DNA of 64,000 nt from an uncultured Planctomycetota bacterium (GTDB taxonomy: Bacteria; Planctomycetota; Planctomycetia; Isosphaerales; Isosphaeraceae), in the NCBI GenBank assembly GCA_963845755.1, contig CAWJTV010000042.1:256001-320000 (forward strand), written 5' to 3'. Shown in pieces: positions 19,893 through 29,956 of the stretch. The position numbers and the translations under genes are program-made. Position 1 is the first letter of the stretch, and the number at the start of each line of letters is the position of its first letter. The notes below the pieces were generated by a model, which was not told where the DNA came from, ran no database searches, and worked only from the letters and a program-made list of their open reading frames with translations.

Positions 19893-20384
19893 CGCCAAAG
19901 TCACGGCGAAGGATACCACGGGGCTTCAGCCCCCGCGGTGGAATCGCCGCCCCCGTTGATCAGTATCAACGCATCTTGACTCGACCGTCCCGCAGGGCCC
20001 CACGGAATACCGACGGCCGACTTCCCGGCCGCTCAGCCCCCCGCAGTCCTGCTCGCTGCACAAGCAGGGCGGACCGACCGATTCTGCTGTTTACTGAAAT
20101 TGGCGCCAAGGGGAGACGCGCGCGAACTTCCCACACGAGGACCGGCGGCCTCGGAATATGACGATCGGAACGACCTGCGGGAAGGGAATGGGCGGATTGA
20201 GGGCGTGGCCGGGTATGCGCAGACCGGCAAACCCGGGGAGAGCCGTGCGACCCTCACGAGGAAGACGAAATGATCCGGACGACCCGAAGGAGAATGGCGG
20301 GTGTGGCGAAATGGCGCAGGCTGAACCCTCACCCGTCTCGGGCACTCCCGACGCGACGGGGCGGGCAAGTCACCACGACAGGCA

Positions 20385-20582
20385 TCACCGGCTCAAGGCA
20401 ACCGGCTGGGCAGCCGGCGACTTCAATGAACGCTGCGGGGCGATCTCTTCTCGGTAGACCGGCACATCGTGCGGGGCTTCAATACCGATCCGAATCTGGT
20501 TCCGGTCGATCTTAACGACCGTCACCAAAATGTTGTCCCCGATGACAATCTTCTCCCCCAGCTTCCTGCTTAGAACCAGCAT
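20385..20582 (-). CDS. csrA: Carbon storage regulator CsrA/RsmA
   Basis: [34 protein letters not shown] signature. Confidence 0.95.
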   Translation of the reverse strand: MLVLSRKLGEKIVIGDNILVTVVKIDRNQIRIGIEAPHDVPVYREEIAPQRSLKSPAAQPVALSR

Positions 20583-20657
20583 GATCATCTCCCGGTGGAT
20601 CTCGATACTCGATCTCTCGTTCCCGAATTACCACGCTCGAGGCGCGATCATGTATAT

Positions 20658-20674
20658 AGCATCTCCTGTGCCAA
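20658..20674 (-). promoter_or_regulatory. sigma54 (-24/-12) promoter of csrA
   Basis: Minus strand TTGGCACAGGAGATGCT: GG-N10-GC, about 75 nt upstream of the ATG, AT-rich upstream DNA. Confidence 0.65.
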
Positions 20675-20956
20675 CTCGCTTCAAACGAAACCGTTCATCG
20701 TCAGAAAGCCTTGTTGATACGGTTGTTACATCAGACGCTGCCGGAATCTAATCACCTGTCTACTGAACATAAGAATGTCAACCTGGTCGCTCTTTCTCCA
20801 GCGGGGATTGTAAAAAGGGGAAGTGAGGTTGGCTTCTTGATCACGAGCGTTGGTTTTCCGCGATTCCTTTCGACGGGGGGGCGCGGCGGCGGCTCGGGGA
20901 ATCGCAAAGTTAAGCTAAACGACGTCTTCCGATTGGTCCCTCGATATCAGAGATTC

Positions 20957-22040
20957 CTATTGGACCGCTTGCAAGAGAGACTCGGCCGTTCGCTGCCAGG
21001 GGAACGCTTTGGCCGTGGCGATTCCCGATTCGTTGCGAGGGAGGACCCCGTCCTGTCTCAGTCGGTGGACCTCGCGCAGGTGGTGGACCATCTGCTCCAT
21101 CTGGGACGCGCCGAGCCTGGCCCAGCTCCCCGGACCGAGGCTCATCTGGACATCGCGAGCCGGCTCGGTCTCGTCGACGTGCACCAGACGGCAGTTCGCC
21201 TCGGTGACGAATTCGGTGTGGGCCGAGTAAACGGTCGCGATGACGTTCAGCCCGACCGACATGCATTCGAGCAGACCGAGGTTCCATCCCTCGGCGCAGG
21301 GATGGGAAGACGCCGCAGTCGCACCCGGCGATCAGGTCGGCCACCTCATGCTGGCTCGGCAGTCGCGGTACCAGCCGCACCCTCGAGCCCACGGCCGAAT
21401 TGAGGAACATCCGTGCCCACTCGTCGTTGGCTGGCTGTGCCAGTGCGTAATTGCTGCTCAACAACGTGATCAGGACATCGTCGCGGGGCGTGAACGCATT
21501 GCAGAAGGCTTCGAGGAGGAAGTCGTGCCCCTTGCGCCGTTCCCATTTGCCGTTGTTGACGAAGACGGTGGGTCCCGCTCTGCGTCCTCGATCGCCCGCG
21601 CCGATCGCCTCGTGGAAGACGGAGCGGTCAACGCCGAGCGGGACGACCGCCGTAGGGACCGTGAGACCGCGGGCCGCGACGACGCCGGCCGCCCATCGCG
21701 ATGCCACCAGGATCAGATCCAACTGGTTGAGGTGGTGGACCGCCCCGGGCTCGAAGTGGTCGAGCTCGAAGAACGGGAAGCCCACGTGCTTGCCCCGACC
21801 GACATGCTCCGCCTGCATCATCGCGGGACAGATCCGGACACTCGGCGCCATCGGATCGTACTGAGTCGCGTTTGCGAGGCCGAGCGCGACGGGGTCCTGC
21901 TTGTTCTGGCTGAATGGCCCGGGATTGCCGACCGGGAAGAGGGCGACCTGGACGCCGGCCATCGTCAGTTCGTGCAGGATATAACGGCCGGGGTAGCCGT
22001 ATCCCATCAGACCGAGTGGGGTCAGCAGGTTGAGATTCAT
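20957..22040 (-). CDS. GT4-family glycosyltransferase (frameshift near 21295)
   Basis: GKWERRKG, DCGVFPS, then E..S.GL.VIAT in the second frame. Confidence 0.8.
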
Positions 22041-22490
22041 CGTGGGTGCTGCCGGGGTCGCGCAATGAACTCGCCAGGGCGGGCCGTCCTCCGAGCGGAC
22101 GGACGCGTCGGGTTGGTATTCTATGACGCCGATTGGCCGCTCGCTACGTGGTCGAACGTCCCTCTTCACGGTGGCTCGTGTGGGACCAGGCCGAGAACAT
22201 TCGGGCCGAGCCATCGAGCTCGAGGATGCCCCCAACGCGCGAGGTGCCCGTTCATGGTGGGGACCGCCCTGCCCCTGGGTTCGTTGTGGGCGATGATTCT
22301 CGCACTCCTCTCCTGTGTGTTGCTAATGATTCGGACCCCAGTCGGAAAAGCGAACATTGCCGGCCGAGCTGGCGGGCTACAAAGAGTACACGCAGAGGGT
22401 TCGCTCGCGTTGGATTCCAGGGGTGTGATAAGGTTGCGCGGCAAGTTCGGGGCTCGTGGTGAGACGTTCAACCCGCTTTGGCACCGGCTT

Positions 22491-23198
22491 TCAGCGCGAT
22501 GCCGCCGCGATCCGGACCGTGTCTGCCTTGGACAGGAGCTTGGCCGAGATCGCGTTGGCGAGCATTTCGACGTCAGCGACCGCCCGCAAGATCGAGTCGC
22601 CCGCCGCGCCTCGGGAGTAAAGCGGGGCGAGGTTACTGATCAGCGTCAGCATCTCGGTGCAGAAGAGTAGGTAGGTGTAGTCGATGTTCAGGGACGAGAG
22701 GGAATTCGCGGGATTGGGATAGTACAGATCGGGCGTGTAGTACAGTTGCGTGATGTCGATGACGTGGATGAAGTCGCGCAGTTGCTCGATGGACCCCAAG
22801 GCCTTCCGGCGCTTGATCCGGGCCTCGAGCGTGAGGAACGACCAGAGAGCCCCGGCGAGGATGACCAGGAGATTGAATCCGGCATCGGTGGCTTCGAAGA
22901 CCTCGGTGATCGTGCCGAACTCCCACCGGGCGTGGATATGGCGGGCGAGATACCAGAGACCAAGGAGCGTCCCGCAGACCGCCAGAATGGAAGCGATCCG
23001 GATGGCCAGGATCGGTCGTCGTGCCTCGCGAGCTCGCTCCTCGGTCTGGCGCGCGACCTGCGCCAGCTCGGCCGCGAGGCCGGCGAGAGTGCTCTCCAGC
23101 AACTTCTCGCTGACGCGCCGAGCCAGGTGATCCGCGGTCTCGATGATCTTGGCAGGGTCGAGCCGATGCCTCTCCCGCATCGTTGAGTCAGGTTTCAT
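22491..23198 (-). CDS. Hypothetical membrane protein
   Basis: Two TM segments, then LEARIKRRKAL..LR..IHVIDITQL. Confidence 0.65.
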   Translation of the reverse strand: MKPDSTMRERHRLDPAKIIETADHLARRVSEKLLESTLAGLAAELAQVARQTEERAREARRPILAIRIASILAVCGTLLGLWYLARHIHARWEFGTITEVFEATDAGFNLLVILAGALWSFLTLEARIKRRKALGSIEQLRDFIHVIDITQLYYTPDLYYPNPANSLSSLNIDYTYLLFCTEMLTLISNLAPLYSRGAAGDSILRAVADVEMLANAISAKLLSKADTVRIAAASR

Positions 23199-23363
23199 GA
23201 GCGATCTCTCATCGATCCCGGCGGACTGACTTTCGAAACGTTCGCCCTTGGAAACTCGTCGGGAGCCGCAACACGGCCACCCAACTATACCCTGCTCGGG
23301 GCCCGCGTGAAGATCACCGATTGAAAGGGGTTGTCGGTTCAAGAGTAATAAGTGGGAAGCTAG

Positions 23364-23537
23364 GAGACCGTCGCAAGAGAACCGGGTTCTCCTCCGAGGG
23401 AGTCTCGGTGGGCCCATGGGATTCTCGTTCCCATGCTCCCGCGTGGGAACGTCCGCTAGCGACGCTCCGCGTCGTCCGGTCCGCAGGCCGCGGAGCGGCC
23501 AGGAGGGCCGTTCCCACGCGGGAACGTGGGAACGAGA
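23364..23537. repeat. Composite dispersed repeat: 88-bp unit (second copy at 52736) ending in a REP doublet
   Basis: 23364-23451 vs 52736-52823 differ at 7 of 88 nt; 29-bp inverted arms 23423-23451 and 23509-23537 (2 mismatches). Confidence 0.85.
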
Positions 23538-23552
23538 TCAATAGGATAGCCT

Positions 23553-23639
23553 GAGGCAAAAAAAGGTAATAACTAATAGATCGTTGCATCTTGATTTGCG
23601 GGTGATTGAATTTATTAGTTATTTCCTCTTTTCGCCCTC
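23553..23639. repeat. AT-rich imperfect inverted repeat
   Basis: Core AATAACTAATA (23568-23578) / TATTAGTTATT (23613-23623) within ~30-bp arms. Confidence 0.6.
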
Positions 23640-23773
23640 GTTCCCTGCGGATATTGGGGATCGGGCAATCTACGGAGAGGCACGTTTCCATGTCGACCGA
23701 CGACGAGTCAAGGATCCGCGCCATCCGCGATGGACCGTGATCGCCATGGCGTCGAGCGAGTCTGCCCGCGCGC

Positions 23774-24825
23774 TCAGGGCCGCGGGGCCTTGAGCTTGGC
23801 GATGAGGAAATCGATCATGGAGGCGTAATCGGCGTCCTTGTGTCCCGGGTAGGCGAGGTGAGCCTCGACGCCGGCCTCATGGAGCTTCTCAACCAGGGGC
23901 AGAGCAAGGACGGCCGAGTGCGTCGGGTCGCGCTGGGTTTCGCCGAGGCGGGCGGGCTTGTCCTGAGCGGGATAGTCCAGGAACACGGGCGGGTCGCCGG
24001 TGCCGGCATGTTCGTAGGGCGAGTATTCCTTGATCCAGGGGAGTACCTCGTCGCGGTGCTCGTAGAACGCCTGGAACTCCTCTGGACCACGCTGGCCGGG
24101 TTTGCGGAATCCAAATGCGTGGCCGCCGTACGTCATGTTCGGGATCCACTCGCGGAGCTGCTTCGGATCCAGCGCGGTCTGCGCGCCGAGACGGCCGCGC
24201 AGGTCAGACGGGTCGATTCGCGGGCGATGGGGTCCGGGCTGGCCGGGTTGCTCATGTCGTCGTGAAACGCCAACCAGAGCGAGGAGCAGGCTCCGGCCGA
24301 GCCGCCGGTTGCACCAATCCGCGTCTTGTCGATGTTCCACCCACTGGCTCTCGAGCGGAGGAATTGCACGGCGTGTGCGGCGTCTTCCAAGGGCCACTTC
24401 ACCGGCGGTTTGATGCCAGCGTCCTGGGCCTGAGTAACGAACCGGTAGTTGATCGCCGCGACCGAGATCCCCGCCTTGCGCAGCCGATCGATGTTGGTCT
24501 CGCCGATTCCCCACTTGTCGCCGTTGACCCAGCCGCCGCCGTGGATGTACACAACCAGCGGTGTGGGGGTTGCCGACTCCGCCTGGTAGAAGTCCAACAC
24601 CTGCCGTGCGTGGTCGCCATAGGCGACGTCGGCGTGGGTCGGCGGAACCGGAGGGCGAGTGGGCCGGGCCGCGCCTTTCTTCGCTGGGGTCTTGGTCTTC
24701 GCCTGAGGCTTGGTGGTCGGAGCAGCCTCGGACTTCTCCCCTTGGGCGAGGACGACCGACGGCAGGGCGAGTATGGCCGTGAAGGACGCGGCAAACCAGG
24801 GCGACGCAGGGTGGAGGCGTATCAT
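23774..24825 (-). CDS. Exported alpha/beta hydrolase (esterase) (frameshift near 24185)
   Basis: Signal peptide; YIHGGGW, INYR, GGSAG nucleophile elbow; C-terminal DPTH. Confidence 0.85.
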
Positions 24826-24975
24826 GGGGTACCTCACAGGACGCGATCCCCGAGGTGCGTCGTCCACAGCGTGACGCTCCGAGGCGGGAATCTCGAACCA
24901 CAGCATACGCGGCGCGCTTGTGGGAGTCATCGTCCGACCGGGATTCCGGTAGAGTCAGAGCTTGCGAAAGAATCG

Positions 24976-25056
24976 GATTCAAGATTCCGAATTCCAGATT
25001 TAATAATCCTAAGTCTCTGATTCATCGGGCTTAACATCCATTCGGAATCTTGAATT
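24976..25056. repeat. Inverted array of GATTCNA heptamers
   Basis: GATTCAA GATTCCG AATTCCA GATTTAA ... CGGAATC TTGAATT. Confidence 0.6.
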
Positions 25057-25446
25057 GGGTTCTCGTTCCCATGCGGGAGTATGGAAACAAGTCGTTCGCA
25101 AGTCTTGTCCTTTCTCCTGGTTAACGCTCATTCAACGGTATTGGGTCTAGTCTCCACCCCTTTCTTTTTTTTGGATTTTCGCAACTGACGCCCAGGCCAG
25201 GAGTTCGGATCGCTGGTGTCCCGTTTTCACGCTTAGGTGCATTAACGGATTTCCAAACTTGCGGCATCCTGATAGGTAGGGGTGCGACACGAACCTGCGG
25301 ATGTGCCCCCCAGCGGTTGCGTCGAGTCCAATTCGCCTCTGCTGAGGGAATCAAGCGTAAATTCTTGGATGGAAGGACTCATGAGTCAATGCTTGCTATC
25401 TTCAGTGTTTGACGAACAAACCCATGAGTTGCAGGATTCCCAAACC

Positions 25447-25548
25447 GCGAAAACGAACCCAAAAGCCCAGGCCGCGCGTGCCGAGACCCGCAAAACGAAC
25501 CCAAAAGCTCACGCGGCGCGACCAAGAATTCGCGAAACAAACCCAAGC
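25447..25548 (+). repeat. Three-unit 42-bp tandem repeat with core AAAC(G/A)AACCCAA
   Basis: Cores at 25451, 25493 and 25535; degenerate core at 25414. Confidence 0.7.
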
Positions 25549-25770
25549 AACCGCACAGTCCACCTGATCGGTGAATTCTCGCTAATCGACAAAGCAACCC
25601 TATCCATCCGAAAAGTGCTAATCATCCCAGTTCATAAGATCGTCATGATCGGGAGAACCAGCGCCGTTGTGTTCTCCGGGAACGATCGTCCCGCTCCGAA
25701 ATGGGTCTGCTCAGCGTTGCCAGAATGCCGAGGGTCAATGCTGGCGGGCGTCCCGGTCCACCTCGACTCC

Positions 25771-26484
25771 TCAGCCCGACGGTACCTCGCCGATCCGCAA
25801 GGGGCGGAAGCCGATCGCATCGGCGGCGACGCAGTGATAGCGAACGCCGCGGACCAGACCCTGCACGGCAAGGGCCCATTGGCTCTCGATATGAAGATGT
25901 CCATAAACACAGGCAGTGACCCCAGCGCTTTCCCATTGCTCAACCCACGGACCAGGCTGCCCATTTGGGTCGAACGGGGGATAATGCCAGAGGACATAAA
26001 CCGGCTGTTCGGCATTCTCCCGGATGCGGTTCGCCTGGTCCAGCGCACATCCCAGGGCGTCGAGCTCCCGATCGACGGTGACCGGATCGGCGGCCGGGTC
26101 GTCGTCGCGAGGAGCGGGGGTTCCGCGCGTCCCGCAGACGACCACCCCTTGGATGGCCGCGGCGTCCCCATCCACGGCGATCATCGAGCGGCGCAGGAGC
26201 CGTCGGACGGCCGCGACGTGGTTCCACCATCGATCGTGATTTCCGGGTGCGAGCACCTTCGTGCCGGGCAGCCGTCCCAGCCATTCCAGGTCCGGCTGGA
26301 GCTCGCGATGGTTCCGGGCCATCGAGAAGTCGCCCGGCAGGAGCACCACGTCTCGCGGCTGGACCGCTTCGCGCCAGTTCTGCTCGATCTTCAGGGCATG
26401 ATCTCGCCAGCGGGCCGCGTAACGCTCGCGACGGTCGGGCCGGGCGAAGGACAGATGCAGGTCCGAGATCGCCCAGACGTTCAT
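25771..26484 (-). CDS. Calcineurin-like metallophosphoesterase
   Basis: ISDLH, PGD, GNHD, HYPP, YGHLH. Confidence 0.9.
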   Translation of the reverse strand: MNVWAISDLHLSFARPDRRERYAARWRDHALKIEQNWREAVQPRDVVLLPGDFSMARNHRELQPDLEWLGRLPGTKVLAPGNHDRWWNHVAAVRRLLRRSMIAVDGDAAAIQGVVVCGTRGTPAPRDDDPAADPVTVDRELDALGCALDQANRIRENAEQPVYVLWHYPPFDPNGQPGPWVEQWESAGVTACVYGHLHIESQWALAVQGLVRGVRYHCVAADAIGFRPLRIGEVPSG

Positions 26485-27149
26485 TGCGGAGTGACGAAGC
26501 CGGCCCCGTCCCCGACGAAGGGATTGGTCCGCCGCTCGTGGCCGACGGTCGTGGCCGGGCCGTGTCCCGGGAAGACCCGTGTGGCGTCGGGGAGCGAAAA
26601 CAGCTTCTCGTGGATCCCCGAGCGGAGCAACGGGAAGTCGCCGCCGAGGTCCGTCCGGCCGACGGAACCGGCGAAGAGGACATCACCGCCAAAAACGAGG
26701 GGAGGGTCGAACTCGTCGCAAATGTAAATCACCGAGCCGGGGCTGTGGCCCGGGATCTCCCGGACCGTGAACGTGAATCCGGCCGCCTCGAACTGTTCGC
26801 CGTCTTCCACCAACCGATCGGCATCGGGGCTGCGGATCGGGAGCCCGAAGGTGGCGCTCATGTTCGCCTCGGGGTCGCGGAGCAGGTGCGCCTCGTTGCG
26901 TCCGATGATCAGGGGCACGTCGGGGAACGCCGCCTTCATCGCCTGGTTGCCCGCGATGTGGTCCACATGGCCGTGCGTGTTGAGGATCGCCGCGGGCCGT
27001 CGTTGCTCGCGGCCCAGCAGGTCGAGGATCGATCGGGGATCGAAACCGGGATCGACAACAATGGCGTCGGTCCGCCCGGGCCGCCAGAACACGTAACTGA
27101 CCTGGCCGAACGGCGGCGATTCAACCGTTTCCATCGTGAATTCCGGCAC
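26481..27149 (-). CDS. MBL-fold metallo-hydrolase (glyoxalase II-like)
   Basis: THGHVDH, PGHSPGS, GDVLF..SVGRTD, PGHG; ATGA overlap with the next gene. Confidence 0.92.
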   Translation of the reverse strand: MPEFTMETVESPPFGQVSYVFWRPGRTDAIVVDPGFDPRSILDLLGREQRRPAAILNTHGHVDHIAGNQAMKAAFPDVPLIIGRNEAHLLRDPEANMSATFGLPIRSPDADRLVEDGEQFEAAGFTFTVREIPGHSPGSVIYICDEFDPPLVFGGDVLFAGSVGRTDLGGDFPLLRSGIHEKLFSLPDATRVFPGHGPATTVGHERRTNPFVGDGAGFVTPQ

Positions 27150-27570
27150 GGATGTCGTACTCCTCTCTCTCCGTAAAAACGCTGCAGGCCGCCATCATCC
27201 CCCCGGCTCGGATAGGACGCCGGACCCCCGGGTTTGAAAAGATAACAGGCATTTGTAATCTCGGGCGCGTCGATCTTCTCGGTTATATCAATTCGGGAGG
27301 GTTTCTAGCCAGGTTTCTGCGAAAAGCGAGCGGATTTCGAGGCTGGCCCGCGAATTGCTCCACAGCTCCCCGCGGCGGATCTCGGACGTAACTCAACCCC
27401 TGAGCCAGGGCGTGTTTCCATCCCGATAATTCGCAGGACTCCGGCAAACAGACTCCCTCGATCCTTCCCATGCAGTATGATAAGCTAGAGATAAAAGGGC
27501 ATTCTGATTGTCGGGCGGGCATTTCTTTTCACCCCCAATCCCGTGGCCAGCGAGCTGGAAGCCAATCCTC

Positions 27571-28626
27571 ATGTCCATCCCAATGAGTGGGTCGGTCGTT
27601 CTAACGAGCCGTGTGACGAGCCGAAGCAGGAGACGACTTTTCCTCATCGGGGTGGGCCTCGCGGCGTTGACCTGCGCCGTGTGGGTGGAGGTTCGAGGGA
27701 CCAGGGCGCATCCTCTGACCGGCTCGCGCGGACTCGTGAGAGCGGGCGCACTGGGACACGAGAAAAGGGTGTTCGAGGCGCCAAGCCTCCCCGCTCTTCG
27801 TGTCGCGGACGCCAGCGAGCCCGTCATCGGCTCGGGGCCGAATCGAGCCGACAGCGGCGCGATCGAATCGTACATCACTCTGAAGCCGGCCGCATCGGGA
27901 CACTCGGTCGCCAAGAGCTGCGACCTGCGCGGAATCGCCACCGCGCGGGCGATCACCGCCATCGAGGAGTGCCAGGCCAAGTACGAGGCAATCCGCGACT
28001 ACACCTGCACGTTTTCCAAGCGGGAGCGGATCAAAGGACGACTAACTCCCGTCCACGTGCTTGCCATGAAGGTGCGGACCAAACCCAGGAGCATCTACAT
28101 CCGGTTCCAGCAGCCCGCCAAGGGACGCGAGGCCATTTACATCGCCGGTCAAAACGATGGCAAAGTGCTGGCCCATGATGTCGGCCTGAACAAGCTGCTT
28201 GCGGGGACCCTCCGGCTCGAGCCCACCGGGAGCCGTGCCATGGAAGACAATCGCCACCCGATCACCGAGGCCGGCATCGGACCGTTGCTCGACACGCTGG
28301 AGACCCGCTGGTCCTCGGAGCTGGACCCCTCGGAAACCGTTGTCTTCATCCGAAACGACCAGGAGGTGGACGGCCGCAACTGTACGATGATTGAAACCAC
28401 GCACCCCTGCCGGCAGACGGAATACATGTTCTACCGCGTCCGCCTCTTCATCGACGGCGAACTCGGTCTGCCCATTCACTTCGAGGCCTACGATTGGCCG
28501 GGTTCACCCGAGGTCCCGCCGGATTTGATGGAGGAATACACCTACAAGGACATCAAGCTCAATGTCGGACTAAGCGACCACGACTTCGACGTCTCCAACG
28601 CCAATTACGCCTTCGGCCGATTCTGA
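27571..28626 (+). CDS. DUF1571-domain protein
   Basis: N-terminal TM; DYTCTFSKRERIKG, GREAIY, RHPITEAGI, EEYTY. Confidence 0.75.
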   Translation: MSIPMSGSVVLTSRVTSRSRRRLFLIGVGLAALTCAVWVEVRGTRAHPLTGSRGLVRAGALGHEKRVFEAPSLPALRVADASEPVIGSGPNRADSGAIESYITLKPAASGHSVAKSCDLRGIATARAITAIEECQAKYEAIRDYTCTFSKRERIKGRLTPVHVLAMKVRTKPRSIYIRFQQPAKGREAIYIAGQNDGKVLAHDVGLNKLLAGTLRLEPTGSRAMEDNRHPITEAGIGPLLDTLETRWSSELDPSETVVFIRNDQEVDGRNCTMIETTHPCRQTEYMFYRVRLFIDGELGLPIHFEAYDWPGSPEVPPDLMEEYTYKDIKLNVGLSDHDFDVSNANYAFGRF

Positions 28627-28893
28627 CCCCTCAGTCCTCCAAAGCTTTTCCAAGCCTAGATAGGCACGCCGGCTCCACGACTGGCACGGCGTACGCCCGA
28701 TGTCCGGCATCGCCCGACACCTCGACCTGGTCATTTCGAGCGGTGTAATCCTCACGATCGAGTCGGCCGGATTCCGATACTACCTCTAACCCAGGCGGCT
28801 TCGCGCGGGGAGAGAGTCAGGTGGAGGCCGCCCTGGAGGGGTGGTCTCGCGAAAGACGAGAAAATGCGGAGATTTATCCGCCAGGAAGGGACC

Positions 28894-28922
28894 TTGGCAG
28901 GGAACGGACACTACGCTAGAAT
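28894..28922 (+). promoter_or_regulatory. sigma70 promoter upstream of rimI
   Basis: TTGGCA-N17-TAGAAT. Confidence 0.6.
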
Positions 28923-29108
28923 CCGCCCCGCCTCGAGGCCCCTGACGAGGCAGAGATCCGATGCACTTCCGTTCTCGTTGGGGGCAACCCTCTCCACGGC
29001 ACCGCGACCGCCGAAGTTGCTGGTTTAATATCGCAATGTCCGAGCCGATCGTACCCGGGCGGCGATACGGTCGTCGTACATTCGTTCTGTTCCATGCAAG
29101 GAGGCGCG

Positions 29109-29642
29109 ATGAGCACGGTACCAACCTCCCCCGCGCAGACCCGAGTGCATATCCGTTGGATGATTCGGCGGGACATGCCCGAGGTCCTCGCAATCGAGCA
29201 TGCGAGCTTCGAATACCCCTGGTGCGAGGAAGAGTTTCTGCGTGTCCTGCGTCAGCGCAATTGCATCGGAATGGTCGCCGAGCATGGAGAGCGGATCGTC
29301 GGCTTCATGATCTATGAGCTGCACCGGAACAAGATCCACGTGCTCGACTTCGCCACTCATCGCGATTGTCGCCGACACGGCGTTGGCCGGCAGATGATGG
29401 GCAAGCTCGTCGGCAAGCTCTCCAGCCAGCGGCGAAACCGCATCGCTCTCTATGTCCGGGAGACCAACCTCGCTGCCCAGTTGTTCTTCCGGGTCTCGGG
29501 CTTCCGGGCCTCCGAAGTGGTTCGCGAGCATTACCTCGACACGGGAGAAGACGCTTATCTCATGAGTTATCATCTGGATGAATCCATGCTGGAGGAGGAA
29601 CGGGTCTCGACCAACCGGATCGCAAGACAGTACGGTGCCTAG
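29109..29642 (+). CDS. rimI: Ribosomal-protein-alanine N-acetyltransferase (GNAT)
   Basis: IEHASFEYPW, RRHGVG, VRETNLAA, GF, GEDAYLM; AAGGAGG RBS. Confidence 0.85.
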   Translation: MSTVPTSPAQTRVHIRWMIRRDMPEVLAIEHASFEYPWCEEEFLRVLRQRNCIGMVAEHGERIVGFMIYELHRNKIHVLDFATHRDCRRHGVGRQMMGKLVGKLSSQRRNRIALYVRETNLAAQLFFRVSGFRASEVVREHYLDTGEDAYLMSYHLDESMLEEERVSTNRIARQYGA

Positions 29643-29956
29643 CGGATCCGGCGGACCAATCGGAGCGCGGAGGAGAAACGATCCGGACCTTGCCGGTCCA
29701 GGACGAGGGAGTCGGGACCGAATGCGGACCACGGTCGGCGGCTGTTCAAGTCGTCAACCGTGGTCCTTGGCTTGTAACGACGCGTCAGGTTCTGCGGGCC
29801 GGGTGCTAGCCCGGCGGCCGTCGATAGCGAATAATGATTGATGCGCGAACCTCACCGAGAGCTTGCAATATGGAATCGATGCGCATGGGACTTCATGCCG
29901 CGGGTGCGGACTCCAAGGGCACGATGAATCGGTTGGGAATCGGAAACGTTGCGGAG

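Noticed and set aside
20219..20262. GGCAAACC..GAGA.. resembling a c-di-GMP-I riboswitch
   Set aside because: The following GACGCAAA and second stem are missing, and there is no downstream same-strand gene.
25414..25548. Possible mini-CRISPR (constant core with variable spacers)
   Set aside because: Core is only ~12-18 bp with three units, inter-core sequences are partly similar, and there are no cas genes.
25282..26727. 481-aa plus-strand ORF
   Set aside because: Mostly antisense to two clear genes; only its 5' repeat part might be real.
28682..28697. sigma54-like TGGCACGGCGTACGC upstream of rimI
   Set aside because: The -12 element is ACGC rather than TTGC, and a good sigma70 promoter lies closer at 28894.
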